Origin: a virus
Strand: one strand, 5' to 3'
IMG/VR virus record: IMGVR_UViG_3300020159_002019
Coordinates: 45,291 to 109,290 of that record
DNA: 64,000 nt
Shown here: positions 22,601-32,891 of the stretch, in pieces
How positions within the stretch are numbered: the stretch's first letter is position 1
Layout of the letters: the number at the start of each line of letters is the position of its first letter
Made by a program: the position numbers and the translations under genes
Notes under the pieces: generated by a model
Seen by the model: the letters and a program-made list of their open reading frames with translations, nothing else
Told to the model about the DNA's origin: nothing
The model's database searches: none

Positions 22601-24183
22601 ATTTAGTTACATTAATAAATAAAAATAAAGCAATATTAGATTTAATTTATAGTGGTAATCCTAAAGTTTATTACCATAATGATTTACCTGGTGATTGTAC
22701 CGCTGAAAAAAGAAATGGTAATAATCCTAATCCTGAAGGATGTTCTGCAACTTTTGTAACTAAAGATTTGGAAAAATTAAAAAATGATTATTTGGATTTA
22801 CGTAATATGTATATTGGTGGTCAAACAGATGAAACGTGGGGTGATATACCAAAAACGGAAGATTTTTTTGATAATATAATTCCTAATGGTTGGACTGATT
22901 TAAATAATTTAATTACTAAAATATGTGATACAATTAAAGAGGTACTTAATCAAAATAAAGATGCTGTGGTTTTAAATATTACAATACCTATCGAAACTAA
23001 TACATCTTATTTAAATGTATCTGAGAATAATTATAATAAAAATTTATCGGAAAGAAGAAAAACAGCTTTAGCTAAGTATATTAAAGAACAAATTAAAAAC
23101 CAAATATCTGATTTTGATGTGAATAAAATTAAATTTAATGGGGGGGTATTAAAATACCAAGCAAACAAAAATTCTTTAGATCAAGGTAGTGTAGTGGAAA
23201 CTCCATCGGTTAATTTAAATGATAAGGCTAAAGTAGAATTAGAAGATGAAAATGGTCTTAGAGCTGTATATTCAAAAGAATCTTATTTGTATAGATATGC
23301 GGTTATTAATGGTGGGGGTGTTAAAATAACATATAGTGATGGTACGGTACAAAATTTAGCTGATAAGGTTAATAGGGATAACGCTGCATTACAATTAAAA
23401 TTAGATTATTATAATTCATTATTTGAAAGATTGAAGGCTGGTGTTTTACAACCATTCAATAAAGAATGTGATATGTTTGAAGAATTAAAAGAAGATTCAC
23501 CATTTTTATATGATAGATTAATTGAAAAGTTAAAGTTTTTCCATCCGGCATTTCACTCAACAACACCTGAAGGATTTAATAGTAGATTAACATTTTTACA
23601 ACAATGTGCTAAGGCTGGTGATTCTATTGACACGAGTGTTGTGACAAATACTGCGTTTGGACCTCCACCTGTTTGTATATTAAGAATTGGTGATTTTTAC
23701 CATACTAAAATTATTATAAATGGTATAAACATAACTTACGATCCTTTAGTTTGGGATATGAATTATGAAGGTATTGGTATGCAACCAATGATTGCGAATG
23801 TGGATATTCAGTTTAGTTATATTGGTGGAAGTTCATTAGGTGGCCCAATAAATGAATTACAAAATGCGTTATCGTTTAATTACTTTGCAAATACTAATTT
23901 ATATGATAATAGGGCTAAATTAAGTAAAGATGAACAAGATATTGTTAACTTCGCTAATAAACCTATTTTAAAGAAAAGTGAAGTTGTTGAAATAGAATCA
24001 AGACCTTTATCACCATTAACTACATCACCTCTTAATGGTAGGGATTTAATTGTACCAAAAAACCCAACACCTGAATTTTATATACGTAAAAAGAATAATC
24101 CAAATGCGGAAACACCTAAAGTTCCGCCATTTATTGGGGATAATCAGGAAGAACAAAATCCGGTGGATCTTGAAACTAGATAA
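19639..24183 (+). CDS. Large baseplate/tail-associated protein with OmpA-like segment
   Basis: GRPEPIYTYNNSSRSGSLGF and PPVCILRIGDFYHTKI tube-initiator-like motifs; YNKNLSERRK OmpA-like motif. Confidence 0.55.
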   Translation: MSNSNIKLTDEAKIQIAKLLGFDISPDKMDDYHQILDDAIRKTALLNINNVKNLVPTGLENPVGDPLIETQIQTQKNEVTKNIQPNDLVAYHGRNVIDDLFDIVEDLPTRNNVNQIKTTLIDDNAITDPQLRGDIKNQKNQILKNLSEADALQYLNSGPRQYNALFDDLQTDGAVANVLRNVINSKLDDFIEPTKTYLLTKNLEIPEFINRYGAGLFQNILIKDLSNADTGSIDFFIDYVTQVQIGRASFLGNLMVNNTPGVDLISNNQIELTNKGKDAKKYIKYTTKDVGKDVDLDRIRQVPDTTGSDEYPVDGYFVIGEQGNYNFSDQINKFSSVERTQVDIQNDIQLPNERTLDGYLINLGEPTNSAGESLTPFIGQTQFTKNDLSYGFNANGGSELPATFNLITDLASDGLPLSVQGDSELGKGGYIFLKQTILNRIDRAQTKELEGRYGNVTDAMDDPLGAGVALLKGQAPPFTLSYDITTLPGFLTAFDVARRLSGIDLGISPIPEENIASSVVTTIKNGINTLFGRNIFGGDITECDTNNSELVPPHIPRNKTLLRYTSSGQLFKMYNTLSYNKFTPEWLRDPDTLDIFGKLVPKPKSNLYIDSERSYSVFQKIGGILGLPVKEPDSNYVIDNTDPVRLNDSPRNSGLGSGKLSDDFVEYDSNADGAVKGGRINTIAIRAGESTDDIYWESKTPLRDNASFANPYVTNYGPFYDDKQNWLVPYFSKDYSFNGDSILCGTQALANRDDIIGDVVRNSTRSLRGMSKGNAVKWPNNETNKKFCRVWTKDNNYNQISDLVRKGYRGYGRGLMTDTKYTTLDKNGIPIIAPTKQNSIIDEYGEGTLDPTIAKRYMLSIENLAWRGAKVFLPCGEVGPNGGRIMWFPPYNISFSDNTTVNWTTNEFVGRPEPIYTYNNSSRSGSLGFKIVVDHPSIVNHFNSSIYNEDNYGTKPGELEAFFADCVNYPIEDLLEKYKQFSSDEINNLVTLINKNKAILDLIYSGNPKVYYHNDLPGDCTAEKRNGNNPNPEGCSATFVTKDLEKLKNDYLDLRNMYIGGQTDETWGDIPKTEDFFDNIIPNGWTDLNNLITKICDTIKEVLNQNKDAVVLNITIPIETNTSYLNVSENNYNKNLSERRKTALAKYIKEQIKNQISDFDVNKIKFNGGVLKYQANKNSLDQGSVVETPSVNLNDKAKVELEDENGLRAVYSKESYLYRYAVINGGGVKITYSDGTVQNLADKVNRDNAALQLKLDYYNSLFERLKAGVLQPFNKECDMFEELKEDSPFLYDRLIEKLKFFHPAFHSTTPEGFNSRLTFLQQCAKAGDSIDTSVVTNTAFGPPPVCILRIGDFYHTKIIINGINITYDPLVWDMNYEGIGMQPMIANVDIQFSYIGGSSLGGPINELQNALSFNYFANTNLYDNRAKLSKDEQDIVNFANKPILKKSEVVEIESRPLSPLTTSPLNGRDLIVPKNPTPEFYIRKKNNPNAETPKVPPFIGDNQEEQNPVDLETR

Positions 24184-24229
24184 ATAATTAGGATTTTATA
24201 TTCTATGTATTTATATTATATATAATAAT

Positions 24230-24538
24230 ATGGACAGATATAAAGAAACATTTATAAACAATAAACATAGGACATTACCATTTGTTAAATTACCAAAGAA
24301 ATCTACCGATAAACAATATTTTTATAGTGTTGGTAGTTCTAGGTTAGATAAGATAAGTAATGATTTTTATGGTAATCCTACTTATGGTTGGTTAATAATG
24401 ATGGCTAACCCCCAATATGGTGCTTTGGAAATTAATATACCCGATCAAACAATATTAAATGTCCCATATCCTTTACAAGCTAGCTTATTAGATTATAATT
24501 CGGCAATAAATAATTATTTTAATTTATACGGATATTAA
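24230..24538 (+). CDS. Baseplate wedge protein (gp53/tail X/LysM-like)
   Basis: RLDKISNDFYG..YGWLIMMANP motif. Confidence 0.7.
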   Translation: MDRYKETFINNKHRTLPFVKLPKKSTDKQYFYSVGSSRLDKISNDFYGNPTYGWLIMMANPQYGALEINIPDQTILNVPYPLQASLLDYNSAINNYFNLYGY

Positions 24539-27500
24539 TGAGTGTAAACACAATTGATGGGTTAAATATGTATGACCCTAATGAAAATATTGGGGGTAGT
24601 GAATATACGTCTTATGGTTTTGGGACTAATCCTAATAGCAATAATGCAGTAAATCAAGAAGATTTGATTATGTATTGTAATCTAAGGGCTTTTACTAGAC
24701 CTAGATCGTATATAATGACCTCAAATGCTGATGGTGTTAAAACACAAGCCGTGGCTTCAGGTAGAATTAATTTTCTTAAACCAAATAAGGATAAAGATAA
24801 ATTTACAACAGATTGGACTGAATTAGATGCTTCAGGAAAGCCGAATGGTGAAGAAATGTTAGGTATTAACTCAGTTCAAATAACATATGATACATCTTAT
24901 GTTCCGAGAGTAACAATAACAATGACAGATGTTAGAGGACAAGCATTAAATGAGGACCCTAAAGATTCTCCATATGGGGCTTTTTTTAATTTTCCATACC
25001 CTATGTTTGTTTTAGAAGTTAAAGGTTATTATGGTAAGGCGGTTAAATACCTATTACATTTATTAAAATACTCATCTAGGTTTGACTATTCAACAGGAAA
25101 CTTTCAAATAACCTGTGAGTTTGTTGGATTTACATATGCTTTATTGTCAGATTTAAGTGTTCAATATGGTTTAGTGGCGTCTCAAATGGAAATAAATGGT
25201 AAATCAGCCAAAGAAAGGTTATGGGAAAAATTTAAGTTACAGTATGATAAATATAAAGATGTTCCTGGATTTAGTGCGGATATATCTTTAATTATTGGAG
25301 GGACTGATAGTTTTAATCCAAATAAGGGTGTTTACACTTTAGTTGATTTAATAAATAAAGCTAAGGATTTAAGTACATTTGTAGAAACTTTAGGACAAGA
25401 CAATAAAAAATTCAGAGAAAAAGCTGCGTTAGATAATTTTATTGATATAATACAAAGATTATACGATTCTATATTTAAAAAAGAAGAAATTTTAAATCAA
25501 GGGTTTAATGATCAAGTTAAAAATATAAATGCAAATTCATTATTTGCTGAATTCCCTGAATATAAACAACAATTAGAATGTAATGTTACGACTACTGGAA
25601 AACCAACCGATTTAATAAATCAACAAACAATAGATGAGTATAACAAATATTATAATAATGCAAAAAATGTAATAACTAGTAAAAATACTGACATACAAAA
25701 AGAATTAAATGATGAGGTTAAATCCCAATTAACTAGTTTTTTAGGATTCAAACCCTCAATAAGGAACATAATGTTGATTATTTGTAATAACTTTGAATTA
25801 TTCTTGGATTTATTGACAGAGACAACACAAAGGGCTGCTGAGAATAGAACAAGAAATAATGATTTCAATGGTATAATGAAGGATGGTAATCCAAAAAGAG
25901 AGGATAATAAAAAATTGGAACAAGTTTTTCCTTGGCCTGCTTTATACAATGACAATTATGAAACTTGTTATTTCGATGATTTACCTGAATTAAAAGCTAT
26001 TGATTATCCGGAAAAAGAATTTGTTGAGTCGTATTTAAGTGCAACCCAATACACTAATAAGTTATTGGCTGCTACAGGTACAAGTAACACCGTTTCAACT
26101 GAAATAACTAACCCTGTTAAATTTAATCCAATACACACACAACAATATGATAGTAATACCTTAAAAAAACCCATATTTGATATAGATATAAATAAGATTT
26201 TAATTCAAATAGTAGAACATGCTTTATTAATTTCTAGTAATTCTTATGGTGTCGATTCCGGAGGTGGTGGTACTCCTAATGTTGTTAAACAAATACAAAA
26301 TTTTGGTAAGGTAGATGCTAATAATTTATATGTGCAATTAGGTAATACTGGTATGAATACTATTTTACCTATACTTAGAAAAAGTTTAAATTGGATAACG
26401 GATAAAGATAAAGCTGTAGAAAGTACAAGAGGTATATTACAAACTATAATTGGTAATGATAATGTTATTGCTATTGGCGAATTAACCAACCCTTTTAATA
26501 ATATAAAGAAACAATTTCAATACATTAAAGATTATAGTTCTGATTATTTAACAGATATTGTAGAAACTCAAGATATAATAAAGTTAAAGGATAAGTATTC
26601 TAAATTACAAGAATTAAGATTTGTGCCTGAAGTTACAGGTAATTTATTAGGTGTTGGTGAATATGGCGCTGGTTCTGTTACAACCGATGGAAATAATGGT
26701 TTTATTTATTATGAAAAAGAAAACAAATTTTCATTCCCTGAGAAAATATCGTTAACTATGTTTATGCCATTTATGGAAACTAGAAAAATTAATGATAAAG
26801 ATATTAAATATATTAACAAAGAATATTTAAAAAATAACGATTTATTATTAAAATCTTTAATTAATGTTTTAAAAACAATACAACAAAGTGGTAGTGTTTT
26901 AGGACCTGAAGAATTATTAACTAATATACCTGGTATCACAGACAATTTTGATTTTATTTTATTTAATGGAATTCATAAAACAAAAATGGTGAATGCTTTA
27001 AGTACTTTATTTTTTAATGATGAATATGTTATTGATAATGTTAGTTATAATAATGGTGATAAAATAAAGGAATTAAAAAAATATAGGTATTATTTTCCTT
27101 TTACAACGGAAGGTACGGAATCATACGAAAATAATCCTAGTTATTATACAAAAAATAAATTGGCATTTTTGTCTGTTTATAGAGAATTGTTGATTAATCA
27201 GTTAAATAAATTTACTGAACAATTTACGAAAGATCAAATAAATGCAAATCCATCATTAAATGATATAAGTGAGCTTGAATTATATAGGGAAAAATTAGAT
27301 GGCGCTGCTTTTAAAGTGGATAAAAACGGTGTTGTGGGTTTAGATCCGACAACTAGTGATGCTTTTAAAAAATCTGTCGATAATAAAGTGTATGTTGACA
27401 TTTATGCCGATTTTAAAGAGTTTTTTGAAACACCGATACAAATGGTTGCAAAATCAAAAGGTTTATCAGATATTTATAAAAATCCATATAAATATTGGAC

Positions 27501-29616
27501 GAATAATAGTACGTGGAATAAAACTCCCACAAATGATCGAACAAAATTTATTAGGTATAATAACAAAATTTATGATGCATATAATAGTGGTAGTTTAATA
27601 AATTTTTATCTGAAAGGTTTCCAAGAAAGAATTATTGAAATTGAAAAAGGTGTAATTGAAAGTGATAAAAATAATCCCCAATCTGGATCTAATACAGCTG
27701 GCGTAAAAACAGCTAGTGATTTAAAAAGATCTATATACCAAACATTTAAAAATATAAACGATAAATGGATTATTGATAAACCTAATGGTGGTAAAAATCA
27801 ATATAGTTGGGGTTTAGAAGGTGATGTTGATCCAAATAACAATAATGAATTAAAGTATAATCCTAAAAGAGAATTTTTATTTGATCATTTCTTTTTTGTT
27901 GATAGAGTTAATAGAGATATTGGTAACGAAGTATTGTTAGATTTTAGAGTATTATATAATTACTATGATAAAGTAAATACTAAAAATAGTTTATATAGTA
28001 TCATAGGTGAATTGGCGAAAATGAATGAAATGATTTTTCATCCATTAACATCATATATTAGTTTTAATGGTGCGACTTCAGACAAAGCATCAATTGATAA
28101 TTTATTTAAACCAACAACCGTATTGGATTTTCAATCCACATCACCTGTATTTATTATGCAATATGTGGGTAAAAATGCTTCATATCAATATGAAAACCAA
28201 AACCATTTACCTGATGTGGTTAAAATTGATTTTTCAGGAAATGGTAAATTTTTAAGCCCTAAAGATTCGCCATTTAAAGATAATACTAATAGAATAAATG
28301 AGCCGGTGGCTTTTTTTGTTGATATGGGTATTAAAAATCAAAATATGTTTAGAGGTATTAGTTTAGATCAGGCTGAATTTAGGGAGACAAATGAAAGTAT
28401 TACTGTTTGGGATCAATTAACATCTCAAAAAGAAAGTAGATCGATACAAACAATAGGTAATAACATATATCCTATTTTATCTAGAAGAAGTTATACCTGT
28501 AAAGTTGAATCGTTAGGTAATATGATGATACAACCAACAATGTATTTTTATTTAAGATATATTCCATTATTTAGTGGTTTGTATTTGATAACAAAAGTAT
28601 CCCATTCAATACAACCAAACAATGTTGTAACAAACTTTGAAGGTGTTAGAATGTCTAGCTTAAACTTCCCATTTGTAAGCGAATTCGTTTCAACAATAAC
28701 AAAAGAAATATTAGAAAAAGGTGCTGGTGCGGTTACACCATATTTAACTAATCAAGATCCTAATTGGTGGGCTAATCAAAAAGATGTTGCATTGAGAAAT
28801 AGAATTGTTAATTTCTATAATAACATTAAAAATGTAATACCAAACCCTGCCGTTCAAGCTGCTTTGATTGCTATTGCGTATAAAGAATCTGGACTAAAAC
28901 CCAAAAATGAATCTTCATATGGTGGGACAACCTCTTTTGAAACATTTAATTCATTTAATAACTTAACACCATACACTACTAAAGGTGCTAACGGTAAAGA
29001 AACATCCCAATTTATAAATCAATTAAAAACATATGATGCCGCATTTTATAATTTTATTTATGGTACAAATGTACCGGGCACTAAAAACCCAAACAAAGCT
29101 AAAGAACTTGGTAATATCCCTATTAGTTCTAAGAATAAAAATCCTATAACTATTAAAGATAATAATGGTAATAATATTACTGTTTATAATGATGAAAATG
29201 GTGATGGTTATAAGTATAGGGGTAGAGGGTATAATGGAATAACCGGTAGGGGGGGATATGAAAAGGCTCAAAAAGATACAAATGTTGATGTTATTACATA
29301 TCCTGATAAATTGAATGATCTTGATACAGCGGCTAAAGCTTATGTGGGGTATATGAATAGAGGTGCTGAAGGTAAAGTTACGCAACCAACCAACAAAGAA
29401 AATTTATTTTATCAAGTATATAGTAGAACACCATTAAAGAATTTTGATCCCGCAAACTATCAAAAAGCGTATAATACTTTATTTTCAATAAACGCTGGAT
29501 CTGGTAATAGTATGGAAGTACATCTTAGTAACGCTATAAAAAAGGGTGGTTATAATGATGGTTATTTTATATTACAATCAATATATAACGCAATAAATGC
29601 CGGTGAAATTAAATAA
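24538..29616 (+). CDS. Baseplate hub-like protein with C-terminal GH19/lysozyme-like domain
   Basis: Hub-like LGINSVQI and GLYLITKVSHSI motifs; AIAYKESG and GDGYKYRGRGYNGITGR GH19 signature. Confidence 0.65.
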   Translation: MSVNTIDGLNMYDPNENIGGSEYTSYGFGTNPNSNNAVNQEDLIMYCNLRAFTRPRSYIMTSNADGVKTQAVASGRINFLKPNKDKDKFTTDWTELDASGKPNGEEMLGINSVQITYDTSYVPRVTITMTDVRGQALNEDPKDSPYGAFFNFPYPMFVLEVKGYYGKAVKYLLHLLKYSSRFDYSTGNFQITCEFVGFTYALLSDLSVQYGLVASQMEINGKSAKERLWEKFKLQYDKYKDVPGFSADISLIIGGTDSFNPNKGVYTLVDLINKAKDLSTFVETLGQDNKKFREKAALDNFIDIIQRLYDSIFKKEEILNQGFNDQVKNINANSLFAEFPEYKQQLECNVTTTGKPTDLINQQTIDEYNKYYNNAKNVITSKNTDIQKELNDEVKSQLTSFLGFKPSIRNIMLIICNNFELFLDLLTETTQRAAENRTRNNDFNGIMKDGNPKREDNKKLEQVFPWPALYNDNYETCYFDDLPELKAIDYPEKEFVESYLSATQYTNKLLAATGTSNTVSTEITNPVKFNPIHTQQYDSNTLKKPIFDIDINKILIQIVEHALLISSNSYGVDSGGGGTPNVVKQIQNFGKVDANNLYVQLGNTGMNTILPILRKSLNWITDKDKAVESTRGILQTIIGNDNVIAIGELTNPFNNIKKQFQYIKDYSSDYLTDIVETQDIIKLKDKYSKLQELRFVPEVTGNLLGVGEYGAGSVTTDGNNGFIYYEKENKFSFPEKISLTMFMPFMETRKINDKDIKYINKEYLKNNDLLLKSLINVLKTIQQSGSVLGPEELLTNIPGITDNFDFILFNGIHKTKMVNALSTLFFNDEYVIDNVSYNNGDKIKELKKYRYYFPFTTEGTESYENNPSYYTKNKLAFLSVYRELLINQLNKFTEQFTKDQINANPSLNDISELELYREKLDGAAFKVDKNGVVGLDPTTSDAFKKSVDNKVYVDIYADFKEFFETPIQMVAKSKGLSDIYKNPYKYWTNNSTWNKTPTNDRTKFIRYNNKIYDAYNSGSLINFYLKGFQERIIEIEKGVIESDKNNPQSGSNTAGVKTASDLKRSIYQTFKNINDKWIIDKPNGGKNQYSWGLEGDVDPNNNNELKYNPKREFLFDHFFFVDRVNRDIGNEVLLDFRVLYNYYDKVNTKNSLYSIIGELAKMNEMIFHPLTSYISFNGATSDKASIDNLFKPTTVLDFQSTSPVFIMQYVGKNASYQYENQNHLPDVVKIDFSGNGKFLSPKDSPFKDNTNRINEPVAFFVDMGIKNQNMFRGISLDQAEFRETNESITVWDQLTSQKESRSIQTIGNNIYPILSRRSYTCKVESLGNMMIQPTMYFYLRYIPLFSGLYLITKVSHSIQPNNVVTNFEGVRMSSLNFPFVSEFVSTITKEILEKGAGAVTPYLTNQDPNWWANQKDVALRNRIVNFYNNIKNVIPNPAVQAALIAIAYKESGLKPKNESSYGGTTSFETFNSFNNLTPYTTKGANGKETSQFINQLKTYDAAFYNFIYGTNVPGTKNPNKAKELGNIPISSKNKNPITIKDNNGNNITVYNDENGDGYKYRGRGYNGITGRGGYEKAQKDTNVDVITYPDKLNDLDTAAKAYVGYMNRGAEGKVTQPTNKENLFYQVYSRTPLKNFDPANYQKAYNTLFSINAGSGNSMEVHLSNAIKKGGYNDGYFILQSIYNAINAGEIK

Positions 29617-29645
29617 TTTAACTATTTATATAGAAAGATAAAATT

Positions 29646-29816
29646 ATGGAAACTCAAAATATTAATGACTTCATTGAAATTGAAGGTAAAGAAAAAAAAG
29701 ATAACGAAAAAGTAGTTATCACAACTAAAGATGGTCTTGTAGAAAGAATCGACAAAAAATTAGTTGTTGAAGATGGTAGAGAATTAATCAGAGAAATTAC
29801 CTACGGAATATTATAA
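29646..29816 (+). CDS. Small hypothetical protein (56 aa, absent from ORF track)
   Basis: METQNINDFIE...DGLVERIDKKLVVEDGRELIRE; TATTTAT motif upstream. Confidence 0.6.
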   Translation: METQNINDFIEIEGKEKKDNEKVVITTKDGLVERIDKKLVVEDGRELIREITYGIL

Positions 29817-29842
29817 ATAATAAATCTGGCATATTTATTACT

Positions 29843-30514
29843 ATGAAAGAAACATTATTAGAAAAAGAATTAAAAAGATTCAATAATATACTTGGATATA
29901 AGTATTATATAAAAGAAGCGGAAGGTGATAAACCATTTGAAACCGCTGACGATACAACTATGGATGATGTTATTGATTTAGATAATCCAGTTGAAGAACA
30001 ACAACCAACATCAGGTAAAGATGCTCAAGGTATAAATGTTACAGATATTGTAAATAAAGTTGGTGACGTTGAAGAAAAGGTGGTTGATAGTGATGATAAT
30101 TTAACTAAAATTATGGACACTATTTCTAGTTTAGAAGCTAAATTAGGTAATATGGAACAAATCTTATCTAAAATAGATGATTTGGAAAATAAGATTGAAA
30201 AAACAATGCCGAAAACACCTGAACAAAAGTTAGAACTTAGAAGTTTAGATTCGTATCCATATAATGTTAAACTTGATGACTTTTGGAAGAAAGATATACC
30301 AGGTTATGATATTGAAAAATCTAATGGTGAAACATTTAAGAAAAAGGAATTGGTATTAACTCAAGATGAGGTTGATGATTATTCGGATCAAGAAGTGAGA
30401 GATTCTTTCTCAATCCCTGATTATGATGCTGACGAAGAGGATAAAAACTATAAGTTTGAGAAAAAAGTGGCTTTTAAAACCGGACCTAGTAGAATGACAG
30501 GTGGTTATTGGTAA
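29843..30514 (+). CDS. Acidic coiled-coil hypothetical protein
   Basis: 223 aa; heptad pattern; TATTTAT motif upstream. Confidence 0.6.
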   Translation: MKETLLEKELKRFNNILGYKYYIKEAEGDKPFETADDTTMDDVIDLDNPVEEQQPTSGKDAQGINVTDIVNKVGDVEEKVVDSDDNLTKIMDTISSLEAKLGNMEQILSKIDDLENKIEKTMPKTPEQKLELRSLDSYPYNVKLDDFWKKDIPGYDIEKSNGETFKKKELVLTQDEVDDYSDQEVRDSFSIPDYDADEEDKNYKFEKKVAFKTGPSRMTGGYW

Positions 30515-30537
30515 TATTTAAATTAAAGAATATAAAA

Positions 30538-30729
30538 ATGGGAAAGAAAATACAATTAACAGAAACGGAACTAATCAATCTTATTGAAAAGATGGTTAAA
30601 GAATATGATAAACCAGCAATGGCTTCATTCCAAAAACAATACGGAAAGAAAAAAGGAAAATCTGTTTATTATGCAACAGCAAATAAACAAAAAAGAAGTC
30701 CTGAAACTTTTAAGTTAAAAAGAAAATAA
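30538..30729 (+). CDS. Small basic hypothetical protein
   Basis: MGKKIQLTETELINLIEKMVKE; YGKKKGKSVYYATANK. Confidence 0.55.
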   Translation: MGKKIQLTETELINLIEKMVKEYDKPAMASFQKQYGKKKGKSVYYATANKQKRSPETFKLKRK

Positions 30730-30758
30730 TAAAAATAAAAAAAGTAAATAATAGACAA

Positions 30759-31178
30759 ATGAAAAAAATTGTAAGATTAACAGAAAACGATATTAGAAGA
30801 ATCGTTAAAAGAGTTATGAATGAAGCTAAAGGTCCTGGTATGAATGAGGCTTTAGGTTTATTAGATGGTGATAGTGATACTCCAAGATCGGGTAGAAAAA
30901 TGCCAAAACAATATCTGACTAGACATATAGAATCAAGGGAAGATGCTGCAAGATATACTAAAGGAACTAAGATATCCGCTAGAGTATTGTTTGATATGTA
31001 TATGAAAGGTACAGATATTGAAGTTATAATGAATCCTGATAATGTTACCGGTCCTAATGGTAGACATAAGAAATTATTTGTTCTTAGTACGGGTCAAGTA
31101 TATAATGAATTAGATGAATATATGGGTAATTATAAAAAAGAAGGGTTTGATAAATTTGAAGATTATTTAGAATCTTAA
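30759..31178 (+). CDS. Hypothetical protein with KKIVRLTE N-terminal motif
   Basis: 139-aa ORF. Confidence 0.55.
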   Translation: MKKIVRLTENDIRRIVKRVMNEAKGPGMNEALGLLDGDSDTPRSGRKMPKQYLTRHIESREDAARYTKGTKISARVLFDMYMKGTDIEVIMNPDNVTGPNGRHKKLFVLSTGQVYNELDEYMGNYKKEGFDKFEDYLES

Positions 31179-31188
31179 AAAATAAATA

Positions 31189-31218
31189 AAAAAATCCCCT
31201 AACAAAGGGGATTTTTTT
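31189..31218 (+). terminator. Intrinsic terminator
   Basis: aaaatcccct/aggggatttt hairpin plus T-tract. Confidence 0.75.
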
Positions 31219-31243
31219 ATGCCTTTTTATTATACTTGTAATA

Positions 31244-32191
31244 ATGGATTATTCACTTATTACAGATTTAGTTGTTTCAATATTTGGAAACATTAAAAAA
31301 ACTTATCACGGAAACTCACAAGTAACCGTTGATTGTCCTTTGTGTTCCGCCGATAAAGGTGTTGAATATGATGGGAAAGGAAACCTTGAAATAAACCTTG
31401 AACAAGGATTATCTCATTGTTGGTCTTGCGAAAGAACACCCGGAACAATTGATGGACTTATTAAAAAGTTCGGAAATAAACCCCAATATAAGACATTTAA
31501 AGTTATTGCCCCTGAATATGATTACCAAATCAATAAAAGAAAATATACTAAAAAAGATAATAACATTACGGAGTTTCCAAAAGAATTTATCCCGTTCTCA
31601 ACAATAAATAAAAGAAACTATATCCACCTTCAACCATATAATTACATTATATCGAGAGGTTATACAGATGAATTATTAAAGGAATATAATATAGGGTTTT
31701 GTTTAGAAGGGAAATATAAACAAAGAATAGTAATACCATTATACGATAAGAAAGGTAATATTATTTATTTCTCAACCAGGTCATATACAGGTGCTAAACA
31801 AAAATATCTAAATCCTGATACAGATAAAGATGATTTAATATTTAATGAAAATAGAATTGATTGGGAAAAACCATTATATATTACAGAAGGTGTATTTGAT
31901 GGATTACCAATACCTAACCATTTCTTATTATTAGGGAAATCATTATCGGAGTTTAAATGGAAAACAATATATGATAACGCTAAATCGGATATTGTAATTG
32001 CTTTAGATCCTGACGCTAAAGAACAGACGTATAGAATGTATCAGAAGTTAAATGCTGGTAAATTAAGGAATAAAGTATTTGTATTACAATATACCGATGA
32101 TAGGGATTTAGGTAAATTATTTGAAAATAAAAAAGATTTTAACGATACGATATTGAATTACAGATATTTAAGTGAATTTGAAATAATTTAA
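31244..32191 (+). CDS. DNA primase (Zn-finger + TOPRIM)
   Basis: CPLC...HCWSC; RIVIP; KYLNP; ITEGVFD; ALDPD. Confidence 0.85.
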   Translation: MDYSLITDLVVSIFGNIKKTYHGNSQVTVDCPLCSADKGVEYDGKGNLEINLEQGLSHCWSCERTPGTIDGLIKKFGNKPQYKTFKVIAPEYDYQINKRKYTKKDNNITEFPKEFIPFSTINKRNYIHLQPYNYIISRGYTDELLKEYNIGFCLEGKYKQRIVIPLYDKKGNIIYFSTRSYTGAKQKYLNPDTDKDDLIFNENRIDWEKPLYITEGVFDGLPIPNHFLLLGKSLSEFKWKTIYDNAKSDIVIALDPDAKEQTYRMYQKLNAGKLRNKVFVLQYTDDRDLGKLFENKKDFNDTILNYRYLSEFEII

Positions 32192-32291
32192 TTTAAAAAA
32201 CATTTGGAAGTATAAAAAATTATATTACCTTTGTGGTATGAAAAATTAATTACATATTTAATGGTAATTATTTAAAAAAAATAAAAAAAAG

Positions 32292-32322
32292 TTTGACAAT
32301 TAAAAAAAAAGTAGTATCTTTG
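32292..32322 (+). promoter_or_regulatory. Bacteroidota-type primary-sigma promoter for tRNA operon 1
   Basis: TTTG-N19-TATCTTTG; a second copy (TTTG-N19-TACCTTTG) at 32203-32233. Confidence 0.75.
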
Positions 32323-32368
32323 TATCACAAATAAGAAAAACATACTATTTATTAGTAAGAAAATATAT

Positions 32369-32441
32369 CGTGGAGTAGTAGCAGTGGTAGCTCGCAAGGC
32401 TCATAACCTTGAGGTCGGTGGTTCGAATCCATCCTCCGCAA
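32369..32441 (+). tRNA. tRNA-fMet (CAT), initiator
   Basis: Cloverleaf, caagg-ctcataa-ccttg, C1:A72 mismatch. Confidence 0.9.
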
Positions 32442-32479
32442 CAATTTAAAAAAAGTAAAACAATTAAAAAAAAAAGATT

Positions 32480-32557
32480 ATGACAACAATTATTAACATA
32501 TTTGAATTTAACGTGATTGAGGATAGAAGCCTCGGTTTGGGATATCTTTGTGTCTAA
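32480..32557 (+). CDS. Leader peptide 1 (MTTIINIFEFNVIEDRSLGLGYLCV), putative attenuator peptide
   Basis: Ile/Phe/Glu/Asp-rich; contains GGTTTGGG complementary to the terminator 5' arm. Confidence 0.7.
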   Translation: MTTIINIFEFNVIEDRSLGLGYLCV

Positions 32558-32584
32558 TAATGTGTAGTTAGAATGAATTAAAAG

Positions 32585-32615
32585 AAACCCAAACCTAATA
32601 AGTTTGGGTTTTTTT
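32585..32615 (+). terminator. Attenuator terminator 1
   Basis: aaacccaaac-ctaataa-gtttgggttt plus T-tract, directly before tRNA-Asp. Confidence 0.8.
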
Positions 32616-32640
32616 GTTTTATATTGTTATTTGAAAATAC

Positions 32641-32716
32641 GGTTCATAGGTCAAATGGTTAAGATATCTCCCTGTCACGGAGTATGGAGCGGGTTCGATT
32701 CCCGTATGAACCGCCA
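32641..32716 (+). tRNA. tRNA-Asp (GTC)
   Basis: ctcc-ctgtcac-ggag; GGTTCGATT; encoded CCA. Confidence 0.9.
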
Positions 32717-32722
32717 AAATAG

Positions 32723-32799
32723 GGTATCAGGGGCTGCTGGGTGTGGCTACTTGACTGTCACTCAAGAAAAACAGGTGGGTTCGAATCCCATTGGTACCG
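32723..32799 (+). tRNA. tRNA-Asp (GTC), second divergent copy
   Basis: cttga-ctgtcac-tcaag; GGTTCGAATCC. Confidence 0.8.
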
Positions 32800-32810
32800 C
32801 AAAAATAAAT

Positions 32811-32884
32811 GTTCCGTTGGACAAATTGGTTAAGTCGTTTCCCTTTCAAGGAAAAGATTGCGGGTTCAAATCCCGTACGGAATA
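32811..32884 (+). tRNA. tRNA-Glu (TTC)
   Basis: tttcc-ctttcaa-ggaaa. Confidence 0.9.
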
Positions 32885-32891
32885 CAAAAAT

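Noticed and set aside
32238-32249. ATG AAA AAT TAA mini-ORF after the promoter at 32203-32233
   Set aside because: Three codons with no associated structure; likely chance or a gene remnant.
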